From Vitrella brassicaformis CCMP3155 (taxonomy: Eukaryota; Protista; Chromerida): a stretch of DNA of 64,000 bases. This document shows, piece by piece, positions 26,237 to 39,200 of this stretch (position 1 is its first letter; every line of letters starts with the position of its first letter). The DNA is taken from the NCBI GenBank assembly GCA_001179505.1, contig CDMY01000480.1:1-64000 (forward strand), written 5' to 3'. Under the pieces are notes generated by a model. The model ran no database searches, had not been told where the DNA came from, and was given only the letters and a program-made list of their open reading frames with translations. The position numbers were made by a program, and so were the translations under genes.

Positions 26237-27714
26237 TCACGCACCCTCCTCCCTCCGCAATGCACCTTCCACATCCGCCCGCTTCTCTCCTCTGGGTGCC
26301 TTGGAGGACAGTGCCGGTCTCCTTTGAGCCCTGTCAGCGGCCCTCTTGTCGCCTGCTTTCGGCCGGCCATATGGCTGACCGTCTGGCCCGCAGCCGCGTG
26401 TGGTCCTCGTGAAGCGAAAGCCCCCACGGATCATGTCGGTCACTATTTTGGCCGTGTTGCGGCTATCAACCAGACCTGACGACACAGTCATTGCTCTGTC
26501 TGGGGGGTCGTTGCTGCCCTTCCCTCCTACCTCCCTCCCCACGTGTGCCTGCAGTGAGTACCTGAGTGTGCCCGGCCCTCGAATGTGTAGCCGAGGCTCT
26601 CGACGACTCGCTGCAGGCCTCCGGTGGGCTCGCGCCTGTAGTGCTGCTTGAACAGCGCCTTGAGGTTGATCCACTTCCCTGCATGGAAATATAGAACACA
26701 CACACGACGCTACGCGTGAGCTCTCTTTAAATCGTGGGAGTGGGTGGGTGTTTGGCCCTGGAGGGACGTACAGAAGTGCAGCGGTTTGGGGAGGCCCTTG
26801 CGCTCACACTCTCGATGCAGAGCCGACATCAAGTCGCTGTCGCCCCAACTGATAGATAGACACACACACGCACACACACATGAATATTCTATCCACTCAT
26901 GGCCATGACTGAGCGCTGACAGCGGTTGCCCTTACATACGTGACGAATGCAAAGGAAGGATACTCTCCCTCCTTCCCTCTCTGCGGCTGCTGGTGGTCAT
27001 GGGCATCAGCAGGCCCATCAGTGGGCTCAGGCAGCAAGCCGTGTGACGCCATCCACCGATGGTGCAGCCTGATGGCCTCGCTCAGCAGCACACCCCTGTC
27101 CACCATGGCCTGCGTGATGGCCGTCAGCTCCGTGCAGAACCTCGTGAGCTGCGGCCGCTCCTCAGGCCGGCAGTAGACTGCGCGGGGGGCGCCCAGACAC
27201 ATAAGTGACAACAGCAACAAGATGCAGGCGGCAGAAGTGTCCCGTTCCTTTGTGTGTACCTTGGAACTCATCTACAATCTCGCATGGTGATGTCCGCACC
27301 AGCACCGAGGGGAACTCGATGATCTCCCCTGCGCCAAAGCCCGGACGATTGTCGCACGTCCTGAGAGAAGAGAGCAGTCAGTACATTGATGTAACCACTC
27401 GAAATCAAGAACCATCCGCATGCTGACCACTCGAAATCAAGAACCTGAGAGCAGACAGGGACACGCACACTGTGTGTGGCGAGCGCAAGATCTCCCTCTC
27501 CCTCTCCCTCCCCATCCATGGCCTCTCGTGGTGTTGCCTTCTGCCTGCCTGCCTGCAGCCGCCCAACTCCCTCCCTGACCACGAGGTAGTCGAATGGCTT
27601 GGGCGGAAGATCAAACGCTTTTCTCACTTTTCTCTTCGCTATGTCTTTCGAATTCGGTGCGTTAAGGAACGACCACGCGCCCTTTAGCGGCACACGTTTC
27701 TCGGCGTCAGCCAT
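26237..27714 (-). CDS. ERI1: ERI1/ERI3-family DEDDh 3'-5' exoribonuclease; multi-exon
   Basis: PFDYLV|VLDFEW|TCDN..EIIEFPSVL; YCRPEERPQLTRFCTELTAITQAMVD; KWINLKALF; FEGRAHS|GLVDSRNTAKIV. Confidence 0.9.
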
Positions 27715-27839
27715 CTGAAAGGACCGACCTTTGCCATCTGAGCTCGCATTTTTGCATGCATGCAATGGGGCTGTGGGGGCGGTGATGAACAACTTGAAGC
27801 TGTAGCGCCCGGCTGCCCGCCTCCTTAGTTGGTCCAGCC

Positions 27840-30800
27840 ATGCCTTTGACAGAGGGCGGGTTGTTCCGCCTGTGCATCGAGCAGGCCGCCTCCCCCTCCC
27901 TCCCCCTCGCCCAGCTCCAGCAGCTGTGGACTGCACTTGGCAAAATCCTCCTCAAGGTACCTGCAGTACGCACAGAAAAGACAAACACGGGCAGGCAGAG
28001 CCTCCGTGTGAGCTGTGTTTCTCGGTCTGCAGGAGGTCGGTCGAGGCCGTGTGGCTCATGTGCCTGGGCTGGGTCGGTTCTTCTTGACGGGCGGGAATGG
28101 GAGGCCGCCGGTGTGTGCCTATGTGCCGGGACGGTCGTTTGTGGCGAAGTGCCAGCTGCTGCTGTCTGAAGCTCCACCGATGCCTCCACCTGACGTACAG
28201 TACGGGGGAAAGACTCTCAGCTCAGGGACAGATAGTGGCAGTGTGTGTGTGTGTGTGTGATTGTGTGATTGTGTGAAGGGTGAAGAGGTGCAGGTGAAGG
28301 CTGTGTCGCTGGCTCGGTCCATCAACTACCCGCCTGATGTCTGCGAGAAGGCATTCAATGAGTTACTTCACCAGCTGGTCAGCAACAGAGAAGACAGCCC
28401 GAGCATTCCCTCATCGATTGCTGCCAATTCGCATTCGCAGAGTCGGTACGTGCGAGGTGAGCTTGAGGAGCAGGCCAAAATCGGCGCGAGCAAGGGGGCC
28501 ATGGAGCAGGAGAGCGCAGTGTCGCTGCAGCTGCGGGTTGGCCGGCTAAACATCGTCAATCGCGTCCTTAACTTCACCTCAGCGCCGGCACACACCTTTT
28601 CTCAGTCTGGCAGAAAAGGTGAAGAGAATGCACAAGAGGAGGAAAGAAAACACGCTGATCTGCTCGGCTGTCATACCTTCAGAGGATCAGCATTCGGCAC
28701 GAGAAGATGAGACCAAGTCACGCGTGCCGACGGCGAGTGCGGTAGTGGTGCCGATCGGTGGCATTCTGCCGGGAATGACGGACCAGCAGGCGGACTACAA
28801 GCTCGATGGGAGCAGCACGGGGCGACGAGTGGCCATGCTGGCCCCTGCAGCTGAGGGCCTGCAGCAGTTCAGCAACAAGGAGCTCGAGCAGTACCTATAC
28901 AGAGTAATACGACCACCCACAAGAATCTCAAGCTAATGCATCCATCCATGTACACTCCTTACTTTTGCTCCATTCCATTCAGAGGGAAAGAGGGCCTGGT
29001 GTGATGCCCGAAAGCACAGACAGGAAACAGCTCCTCGCAGAGAACAGAGACCTCATCAAGTAACTCAGCGGCACCACACCGCGCCACGCACACGCGCTTC
29101 CGTCTCCATCTGCTGTCAATCGTCTCTTCTCCGAGCTGCAGGAAGCGTCAGAGCCATGCTCGCGAGAACCGGCGGAGCCTGCGCCAGCAGGACACCAGGA
29201 TGCTCCACTGGCACCACTGCGACCTCCTGCAGGAGTTCGAGCGACAGCAGACAGCAAGAAGACACAGCACCATGGTGGCACAGGCGTACCAGGAGGCATG
29301 TCAGAAGTTGCCGCCGAGAAATAAGAACCTGAAGCACTTCATTGAGGCGCAGGAGGTAAGCGACTGTCCCAGGTGTGTGTTGAGACACATTGTGTGCTTG
29401 TGTATGTGTGCGTGTGTGCTGTAGAACCCACGGCCTTCCGCAGGGCGTGAGGATACAACAAGACACACACAGCGACAGATGTGTGTGTGATTGGATGATG
29501 GATGTCTCCCCCCCCCCCCTTTCAGCCGACGNNNNNNNNNNNNNNNNNNNNNNNNNNNNNNNNNNNNNNNNNNNNNNNNNNNNNNNNNNNNNNNNNNNNN
29601 NNNNNNNNNNNNNNNNNNNNNNNNNNNNNNNNNNNNNNNNNNNNNNNNNNNNNNNNNNNNNNNNNNNNNNNNNNNNNNNNNNNNNNNNNNNNNNNNNNNN
29701 NNNNNNNNNNNNNNNNNNNNNNNNNNNNNNNNNNNNNNNNNNNNNNNNNNNNNNNNNNNNNNNNNNNNNNNNNNNNNNNNNNNNNNNNNNNNNNNNNNNN
29801 NNNNNNNNNNNNNNNNNNNNNNNNNNNNNNNCCCCCTTTCAGCCGACGTGTGGCCCTTCACTGCCGGCGATCCATACGAGGAACGCACCAGACGGTTCAA
29901 CGAGATACGCCGAGCTGAAATGCTCGAAAGAATAGAGCAAGAAAGGAACAGGTGCGTCAGTCAGCCATTGCAACCATTCACTCATGTCTCCCTCCCTTGG
30001 TCTGTCCACCCATCAGGCCCTCTCTTCACGAGCTGGCCATATCAGGTGGGGCGGCCACAGCCCGCCTTCCTCGCGAGCCGCAGCGGCCTGAGGCGGTGTC
30101 TGACGAGCCTCTGACTGCGCGGCCCGCCCCACCATCGGTGCCGCCACTGCCGATAAAGGAGCAGACGGCAGATAGGCGCGGGAGTGTGTCGAGCGAGCTG
30201 ATGGCAAGAGTGGTGCCGCAAGTGTCGTCGGCCAGACCGGTAGCGGGATACACATGCAGGGGGACAGAGGGAGACATGACGAGAGTGAAGTGATGTCTGT
30301 TTCTTTCATATGACGCATCCAGACATTTCAGACGTCGACAAATGACCACTACCGTGCCATCCACGGCGGCAAACACGACCCCATGGTGGTATGCAATCAA
30401 TCCATGGCCGGTCCCTGACACACAACACAGGGAAAGAATTGCATCCATATCCATCCATGGATTATAACTCACACATCTGCAGGGCGTTAACTTGCGGAAG
30501 AGTGTGCGTCGTGCGACCAAGGAGATACAGAGAGGGCTCAAAGACATGGCGCAGCAAGAGGAAAGATGCAAGGTGAATCATCACGGATACCATACAAGTT
30601 GATTGAACGACCTCTGTGCACTGCACGTGTTTTCACAGCTCTTCGCCACGCAAGCTGCTGAGCGCGCTGAGCAGCAAGCAGCCATGGAGAGGGCCGCCAG
30701 GTGACCACACACACACACACGCACACACACACACTCACATGGCTGCTGGAAGAAGGAGGAGGAAGAAGAGGAGGAGGAGGAGAATTGTGTGTGCGATCCG

Positions 30801-31466
30801 TAGGCATGAGCACGTGGAGTACTTGCGTCAGCAGATGAAGGAAAAGGTGGGAGCTGGTATCTGTATTCTATTTTCCTTCATGTGCCCGTATGCGTGTTCG
30901 TATGTGTGTGAAGGAGGAGAGGAAGCGACGGGAACAGCTGCAGCTCAAGATGGAGGAAGCACGTAACACACGACGACACAGACAGATATTCACGGCCATA
31001 AGGATCTGTTCCTACCCATCTGCTTTCTGCTTCGTGTCCCTCTGTGTGTTTGTGTCCCGGTGTGTGTCCTTCACACAGCGTACTATGGCCCCGAGGAGCG
31101 TCCCAAGACCAAGACGAGGGACGACTACGTCAGATACAACAAAGAACTTGAACACGAAATACAGGTGGGTGCATACCTACACACACACCCAGCCCGCCTT
31201 GCTGTCTGTCATTCATGTCTCCCTCCCTCCCTCCGTCCCCGCTCGTGTGTGAGTGTCTGCAGAGTCACGAGCGCACACGTGAGGAGGCCAAGACAAAGCG
31301 CATCCGTGAGGAGCAGGAGGCGAGTCTGCATCAGGCCCAGCAGTTCCTCAAGGCCAAGGCTGAGGCGGAGGCCATCGAGCTCAAGAAGAGGGAGGAGCTC
31401 TTCAAGCAGTGGCAGAGACAGGCGCACATCAAGCAGAGGGCCAAGGAGATGGAGAGATACAGATGA
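27840..31466 (+). CDS. CCDC81: CCDC81-like protein (two HU-like domains + C-terminal coiled coil); spans gap 1
   Basis: LWTALGKILLK|EVGRGRVAHVPGLGRF (HU-like 1). SLARSINYPPDVCEKAFNELLHQL..LRVGRLNIVNRVLNF (HU-like 2). Charged coiled-coil exons follow, ending EMERYR*. Confidence 0.55.
29532..29831. other. Assembly gap, 300 N
   Basis: Run of 300 n directly after a poly-C tract. Confidence 1.
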
Positions 31467-32307
31467 AGGCCGAGTGCTGGATCGGATGGTGGGGTGCAGT
31501 GCAGGAAGGAGATGGTTTCGTGTGTGTCTTTGAGTGTGTCTGTTTCCATTTATCTATCGGGTGGATTGAAGCATGAAGCACGAGTAGGTGCGGAGATGCT
31601 GGCTGCGTGGATGTACGCCAGCTGTGTTGGTGTAGTGACACGACCCTTGCTTTATATATGTACGCACCATACATATCACGTACACGTAAGTGCATTTGGT
31701 GTCTCAGAGTCGGTCGGCCGTGCAGCAGCGTCTGCGGCGCCCGAGAGGGATCAGCAACAAACCAACGCACACATGAAAGGTGAGTGCTGTCGTTGCCAAT
31801 GTTATGCTGCGACCCTCGACTGAATCGCCTCAGAGAGTCACATACCTTATTATACACACACCTGCTGTATACACGCCTGAGATAGCAGGCAACACAAGGG
31901 AGTCGGTAAAGGGAACATAGTTTTCGTGTTGCCAGGGCCAAGGATGAGCAGTGACTTTTCGGGCCAGTGGTGTGGGCAGCACCAACACACCCACACCCGC
32001 ATAAGCCGCTGGACGCAATTGGCTGGACGGGCCACTAGAGAGGGGCAGCATATAGTTAGTGGAGGGTGAGACGGGAGGAGATGGGCAGCGGAGGCGGCCA
32101 GATAGGCTTGTGTGTGGAGACGACTGACTAACTGACTGTATGTTGGAGTGTGTGGGATTCAATTAACTGACGTGTTGATGGGATGGCTGTGCTGCAGTGC
32201 ACTCACATGGGGCGGCATGACGTTATTTGGGTGTGTGGGTGTAATGTCATTACATACAGCTCAGCTGCCATGGGTAGTGTACACATTCACATTGAGAAGT
32301 CCGCCAG

Positions 32308-34077
32308 TCAGTCAGTCAGTCCGCCCTCTCCCCCTCCCCCTCCATCCTTATCACTCTGTCCACCGGACGAATCTCCGAAGGCTCTTCTCATCCACAGTTG
32401 ATGCTGACGGCAGGAGGGGCGTGTCTCTGTGTCTTCACCGCCGTCAGAATATAAAATGTAGTCAGCGATGGATAAAGACTCAACTCCTGTCCACCGCTGC
32501 CCACCACCACACCCACTCGACTGGCTGCGATTTATCAATCTCTGCAGCCATCTGCTCTCCAAGCGGCCGAACAGCTGTGCATCTACCATCTACTGGTCTA
32601 CGGGCCCATCCACCCCGCCCACCGACAGACACATCAGGCACTTGTGGGGGGATGCGGGGCGTGCCGGGTGGTTGCTCTTGATCTTCAAGTTTCTTCAAGT
32701 TGTCGAAGTAGACCGTCACAAGGGCGGCGTAGTAGTAGTGCTCCGATGACTCCTCGGAGCGGCCTGCGGCCTTCTCCCTCTCCCAGAGAGCGTACGCCCC
32801 CAACAACACCCTGCACACACACACAGGAGAGACACACACAAAAACACAGACACACATGGATGTGGGGGTGTCTCGTGTGTTTGTAGGCCAGTGAAAGACT
32901 GACTGCCGCCCCCTTACATCGAGTCGAAGCTCTCGCGGCTGGGGCCCGCCTCGATGATGAGGCTGCCCTCCTCCGCAGGGACGCTCCGCTCGTAGTGCTG
33001 CTGGGGCGACTCGTGACGGCCCTCCGGCGACAGGGAACGCTCAAACGCAGCCTTCTTGACGCTGCATGACAAGGCAGACAGACAGACAGACAGGGGAGAC
33101 ACACACACATCCATAGAAGGTGTTTTTGATGGTGTGTCAGTGAGGTGTGCGTGTTGGCTTACTAGGCGTTGAAGGCGTCCTTGGGGGACGGGAAGCACTC
33201 GTCGGGGTGGTGCTTGTAGCCGGAGGGGGCTGACTCTGTCTCCCACACGTCGCTCTCACTATCCTCACTGCTATCCTCACTCTCCCAACCCTCCGACACT
33301 CCGCTGTCGCTATCCTCACTCTCCCAACCCTCCGACACGTCGCTGTCGCTCTCCTCACTGCTAAACTCACTCTCCTCACTCTCTGGCACTTCGCTGTCAC
33401 TCTCCTCACTCTCCCAACCCTCCGACATGTCGCTCTCACTATCCTCGTTCTCCCTTCACCCCTTGCCTCTGTGCTCACCAACCCTGACTACGGCCTCCCG
33501 ACCCTCGTCACGGCCCTCGTTGGCAGGCTGGCTGTCCTGCACGGTGGGCGCGACGGGTCCGGCGGTGGCACTGCTGCCCTCGCTCGCTGTGGCAGGCGGG
33601 CGGTTGTTGGGGGGTGGGAGTTGTGTGTGGGTGGGTTGTTGGCCTCCTCTGCCGGGGCTGTCGGGTGGGGGCGGCTGGTTGGGCTGCTGGTTGGGGCTGT
33701 CGGGTGTGTTGGCGGCCTGGCTACCTCTCAGAAAGGCCTCAAGGAAAGGCGAAGTGAGGGTGGTCATGACCTGAGTCGTGCCCTGGGTGTTGGCGTTGGT
33801 GCCGTCGGTGTTGGCGTTGGTGCCGTCGGCCGACGTGCTATCATTCTCTGCATCCATCAATCCATCAATCAGGCCACACACGCCATATCAACACAACACC
33901 ATGGCATACATATGACCCGTGACCAACTGAGACAGCAAGTAGTGTGTGGCTGGCTGACTTACCGTAGTCCAGTCCGAAGAGGGTGTGGGCGGCAAAGTCC
34001 GTGTGCGTTGGTATCAGACGCGTGATGCCGTTGCCGACCCTGTCGGCCAGGTCGAGTATCGGGGCTATGGACTGCAT
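32308..34077 (-). CDS. Hypothetical low-complexity protein (Pro/Asn/Gln-rich and acidic Ser/Glu/Asp-rich); multi-exon
   Basis: ATG 34077 (MQSIAPILDL). In-phase exon chain ..DAFNA|YVKKAAFERS..SFDS|MVLLGAYALWERE..YFDNLKKLE. One in-frame TGA at 33458-33456 needs an intron or another explanation. The 3' end is approximate. Confidence 0.5.
33245..33445 (-). repeat. Degenerate coding tandem repeat (SEGWESE[D/E]SDS-type, about 39-51 nt units)
   Basis: ctcactctcccaaccctccgaca occurs three times on the + strand; translation MSEGWESEESDSE..VSEGWESEDSDSG VSEGWESEDSSED. Confidence 0.85.
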
Positions 34078-35349
34078 TGTGGCCAACCAGCTGACGATTT
34101 ATCAATCTCGCTTGTCAGCGGTGGCCTCTCCTCCTTGGTCGTCTCCTTGGCGTCAGTCACTCGCTGCACTGCCGACTTATCTCTTGGCGGCGGGCAGGCA
34201 GGCTGTTTCGTTGCGAAACGGTGCTCACAGACGTGTTGGTATCGTGTGCACGGCTGTGTGGGCTGGACGGCGGTGGACAGAGAGCGGTCTTGGCGGCGGT
34301 GGCGAGGGCGGAGGAAAAGCGAAAGCGTACAGCTTCTTTTTTGCCGTCTCCGTCTCAAATTGTCGTCAGAATGGAAATTTACTTCCTGGCAAGCAGCCTC
34401 GCTTGCAGCCCTTGACGTCCGCGTGTGCACAATCAGTGTGCGCAGGTGGAAGCCACATGTATCGGACATCGACCTGCCCGGCCTCATGTTGTCGGTAGAC
34501 GCCACGCGACATCTGAATGACTAAGGGAGAGAGACGCTCCCGGCTTTGCTGTGCGCGAAGGCCGCGAGGGAGAAGGCCATCGTGGTGGTGGGGTGGGAGA
34601 AACAGCAATAAGGTCCACTGACTGACGAAAGGCTTACTGGCGATGGATGGATGTTGATCTGCTGACCAATGGTATGTATGTCACATGTAATGACCGACAT
34701 GAACATCTTCGTTGATGGGCAAAGTGACAAAGTCATGCAGCAACATCCATCCACACATCCACGCCATGCCATGCGGTGATTGATCTCGATGCATCCGGTC
34801 CACACGTACGTACATTACATACACGCACACGTCAAGCCTCTGCCTGCCTCTGCGCTCTACCACATATATACCTCTACAAGCTTGTAAGTAGGGGCACGTC
34901 ATCCATCCCTCCAACCAACCATCGATCTGCACACTGGCTCGACCGACTACGGATCATCCTGACTGACGTCAGTCATTGCATGGGCAATGTCCAGCACACT
35001 CACACACCGGCCAGCCATCCGAGAGTCGTGGACAGTCGTGATCGACTCATCTATCCATAAAAGCCATTCGCATAACACAACACGTGACAGAGAAACGATT
35101 GAGCCACACACACACACACACACACAAACACTCGCCGACTACGGTGAGGACCAGCTGAGGCGCGAGAAGAACTCCGATTTGGGTTCACCGCCTCGCTCTG
35201 ACAGCACCAGACCGCACCACATGGACGGACAACACGAACAAGTGTCGATCAAGTATGCCGTTAGATACCTGCACTTCGCTCTCCACTCACACATGGATGG
35301 ATGTGTCTGCGTACCTCTGCAGGTGTGTCTCATAGGCCGTCTATGCGCG

Positions 35350-36213
35350 ACAGACTGCTCGCCACGGCCGACAACTCACACTGCAGACACAGACATGGAC
35401 CATCACAGTGGAGCAGCGAAGTGGATGAGATGTCGTGTGTCCACCCAGCCATCCATCGATCCCCGCTCACTGACTGGTACAGTACATCCGGTCGGCTGTG
35501 CAGCAGTCTCTCTCTCCGTGCGCGACTGACTCATCAGCCGACAGCTGCACGAACAACACAGGCAGACATGGAGAGTGAGCGACGCGGCCTTCCTGCGTGG
35601 TGTCAGCGCCATTTCGTTACCTTCGACTGAATCGTCTCAAACAGCGTTGCTATGCGATGGAACTCATCTCGAAACTCACCAACGCCGTCATCAGCACTCA
35701 CCTGCACGAAACAACACAGAAGGGAGATCTTCGTTGCGTGTGTGTGAAGTGTGTGGTGTGTCGAATCATCGAATGAAGGATGGCTGCCCATCAGTGCCGC
35801 TGCTAGGCACTAGTAGGCAGGGCAGACCCGCCACCATCGCCCTCACCTACACCCGAACACACGCGCGTAGAGCCACCACATCGGGTGTATTTTGTCGCAT
35901 GTACCTTCTTCCATGAGTGTGGTGCGGCTCTCTTATTCTTCACAGACACCAGGCAGCCCTCCCATCACCACTCGTATCGCACCGAATACGTCGAATGGAT
36001 GGATGGATGGAAATCCGTTGCTTCGAATTGTCTGCCCGCTCCTTTCGTCACCTTCTGCGTAATTACACCATCGACAAGCCTTTCCGGGGGGATGCAATCC
36101 CCACCGATCGCGAGGTGCGAGCTCGAACAATAGGGCTCGAAGGAGGTGCTCTTTTTTTCCGTGTTCGTAAGGCGCTGTAGAGGTAGGCACACACCGAGAG
36201 AATCATCGTGCAT
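35350..36213 (-). CDS. Possible small hypothetical multi-exon gene
   Basis: One clean exon (gtgcag|..VSADDGVGEFRDEFHRIATLFETIQSK|gtaacg) plus neighbouring splice-like signals. No complete model could be built. Confidence 0.25.
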
Positions 36214-36265
36214 CGGATATATATGACTGGCTTTTGTGTCTTTCAGGCCGGTTTCTGCAGTAGGT

Positions 36266-39200
36266 ATGGCAGCTGAGCCATCCCCGTCGCCTTCCGATGA
36301 CGTTGCCGCTCAAGTAGATGCCCTTCTCGCCTCAACTGACGGAGAGGCCTTCGAAAAGCATCTCCTCAGTCTCCACCTCACCGCCGTGGGCGACGGTGGG
36401 AAGACGAGAACCCTTCGCGACGTCCGTCACATCCGCCACTCAGTCATCCGCCAATTCATCCGTCAGCGGCGCAGCAGCCCCGCTCTTCTGGCGCGACTGC
36501 TGTGGGCCTCCCTGGCCAAGCCCGCAGCGCCGCCCGAGTGCACAGACATTGCGCTCATCGTCGCGTCAGCTCTTGCAAATGCCGATTCCCGAGCTGACCT
36601 TCAGACAGCGGGATCGGTGACCAGGAGCTGGGACTTCATCCAGGAGCTGATAGCGCAGGCGGGATCGCCGCAGGGACTGCTGACCACTCTGCTTGGTCTG
36701 TTGGTGGCAGCTGATCGGCAGGGCCGTCGCGGGCCCGTCAGCACGATCTCCCTGATCCTGTTTACCGCACTGGAATACGGCAAGGCCACCGGCAACACGC
36801 AAGACTTCCACCAGCACCTGGTGGGCAACCACATGGACCACTTGGGCGTAGTCGAAAAAGCAGCTGCACGCGGGTCGGTCAGACAGTCAGGCTCGAGCTG
36901 ACAGAGCGAATTTGGTGGACATATATGACTTCTTGATTGTCTTGCCTGCCTGGCTGCCTCAGTGCTGGCGACCCCGCCGCTCCTGAGGAGATATATGTGC
37001 TGGTGGAGCCGTTTATCGACGCTCTGCTGTTCATCGACGCTCTGCTGGATGGCGTCGAGCCATCGGCGGCTCTGGTGTCCCTGCGGCTGTCGTCGTTTCA
37101 CAGCATGATGGCGATACCAGCCAGGGAGCACGTCCGGGGCTTCCATGCCTTCCACCAGCGGCGGGAAATCATACAGAAATACCTATCGGACGTGCTCGGA
37201 AAAGGTAGGAGAGGGTCATCTGGTCAGGCGCTTAACAATGCCCGACTGCCTGTCTGTCTGTCTGTGTGTGTGTCTGACGGTGTCTATGTGGCTGTGCGAT
37301 TCGTCCGTGCTGTGCGGGGCCGATGCCTGAGGTCATTACTGCGGTGGTGGGAGCGCTGGACAAGCACTGCTTGGTCTACACCGGTCAGCTGGTGGGTGTC
37401 ATCCTTTCCAGCACTGCGACGCCTGCTGATATTTGGGTATCGTGTCTAAAGCTGGGCTGCATCAGCAGGGTTTTCCTGCAGGTCTGCGACCTGAGGCACA
37501 TCGCAGGTTCGCTTGCACGGTGGCCATCAATTGACATGCACACAGCATGTGTGGGTGTATATGTCAATTGCTGTCTGTCTTTAGGTGGGTCGTGCACTGG
37601 TGCCGCAGCGTGTCGATCCTTCATGCAGATCATGAGCCGTCCTGACGTCCTCCGGAGTGTGGCGGGTGTTCTCATCGACAGACCTCCAATGCCTTTGCCC
37701 TTTGGCAACGATACATCCGCTTGTGTGGCGGCCACGGATGAGATCAACATTGTTCTCAACACTCCACTGCTGTGCCTTCGAAGAGGGCAGACAGACAGTA
37801 GGCACACAGACAACAGAAGAATGGGTGCAGAGAGGTGTATGCTGTGTTGCCTGCCTGCCTGCCTGTATACCTGCTTACAGGATGCCTGCTTACAGGGGGG
37901 ATTCAGCCGCTGATTGAGTCGGGGCTCCCGAGGACATGCGTCAAGCTCATTGACGACGAAATGCTCACGCGAGGGCCTCGCTGGGGGCAGACGCTTGACG
38001 CCCTTGTTATCCTCATGAAACTCATGACAGAATTCTCTCCCAGGGTGTGTGTGTGTGGGGGGGGGGGGGGGGCCCAAAANNNNNNNNNNNNNNNNNNNNN
38101 NNNNNNNNNNNNNNNNNNNNNNNNNNNNNNNNNNNNNNNNNNNNNNNNNNNNNNNNNNNNNNNNNNNNNNNNNNNNNNNNNNNNNNNNNNNNNNNNNNNN
38201 NNNNNNNNNNNNNNNNNNNNNNNNNNNNNNNNNNNNNNNNNNNNNNNNNNNNNNNNNNNNNNNNNNNNNNNNNNNNNNNNNNNNNNNNNNNNNNNNNNNN
38301 NNNNNNNNNNNNNNNNNNNNNNNNNNNNNNNNNNNNNNNNNNNNNNNNNNNNNNNNNNNNNNNNNNNNNNNNNNNNNNNGGGGGGGGGGGGGGGGGGGGG
38401 GTCCACAAGAACACACACACACACACACACGCACGCACACACGGGTCTAAACGTCTGTCTGTATGTTCAGGTTGGCGTGCGTGAAGGTTTCGCCTCTGCG
38501 ATGTGCAAGGCCACTGTGCACATATGGAGGTGTGACCTCGGTGGCAATGCAGCCGCTGCCGAGACTACCGACAGCAGAGGAGAGGTGATCAACTGCGTGT
38601 GTGAGACTCTGGAGGCTCTGATAAAGTGAGTGAATGAGTGAGTGAGTGTTCCAAAGGGCTCTCATACGCTCGGCGTGTGCGCCTCACTGCAGGTACGGCG
38701 AGGGTGTGATGGACAGCAAGGGCGAAGCTCAGAACAAGATCGCAACACAGATACTACAGGTTCGAGTCAAGTGACATATAGTTGGGTCGATTCTCTCTCT
38801 CTCTGCACGTGTGTGTGTGTGTGTGTGAGCAGCTCGATTCTGTCAAGGCGCTGCGTGAGAGGCAGCGCCGAGGCAAGAAGGGCAAACAGAAGAACGTCCT
38901 GACAAAGGTTCAGTGGTCCTTCACACAAGCAAAGCGACCAAGCTACTGCAGCATGTGTCTGCCATTCAGTTGTTGGACCTGTTTGATGACATTGAGAGTG
39001 CCGAGACCAAGCGCTATGACAAGGTCTTGGCCAGCATCTCCTTCGAAAGCGACCCGCCCCAGCAGTAAGGCGCCAGCAGCGCGTCATCCGGCAAGAACAA
39101 GAAGAAGCGGCACAACAGGAAGAACAAGAAGAAAAAGGGCGGCGGAGGGGGCGGGGCGAATGCATCTGCTGCCGTCGATAACGAAACAGGGTGCGTGTGG

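Noticed and set aside
33456-33458. Selenocysteine at the in-frame TGA
   Set aside because: Low-complexity context, no redox motif and no SECIS identified. An intron or nonsense allele is more likely.
38055-38410. Missing exon(s) or a G-quadruplex element at gap 2
   Set aside because: Both flanks are poly-G, and gggcccaaaa resembles a low-quality read of gggtccacaagaa, so this is probably a homopolymer sequencing failure. Nothing can be claimed about the content.
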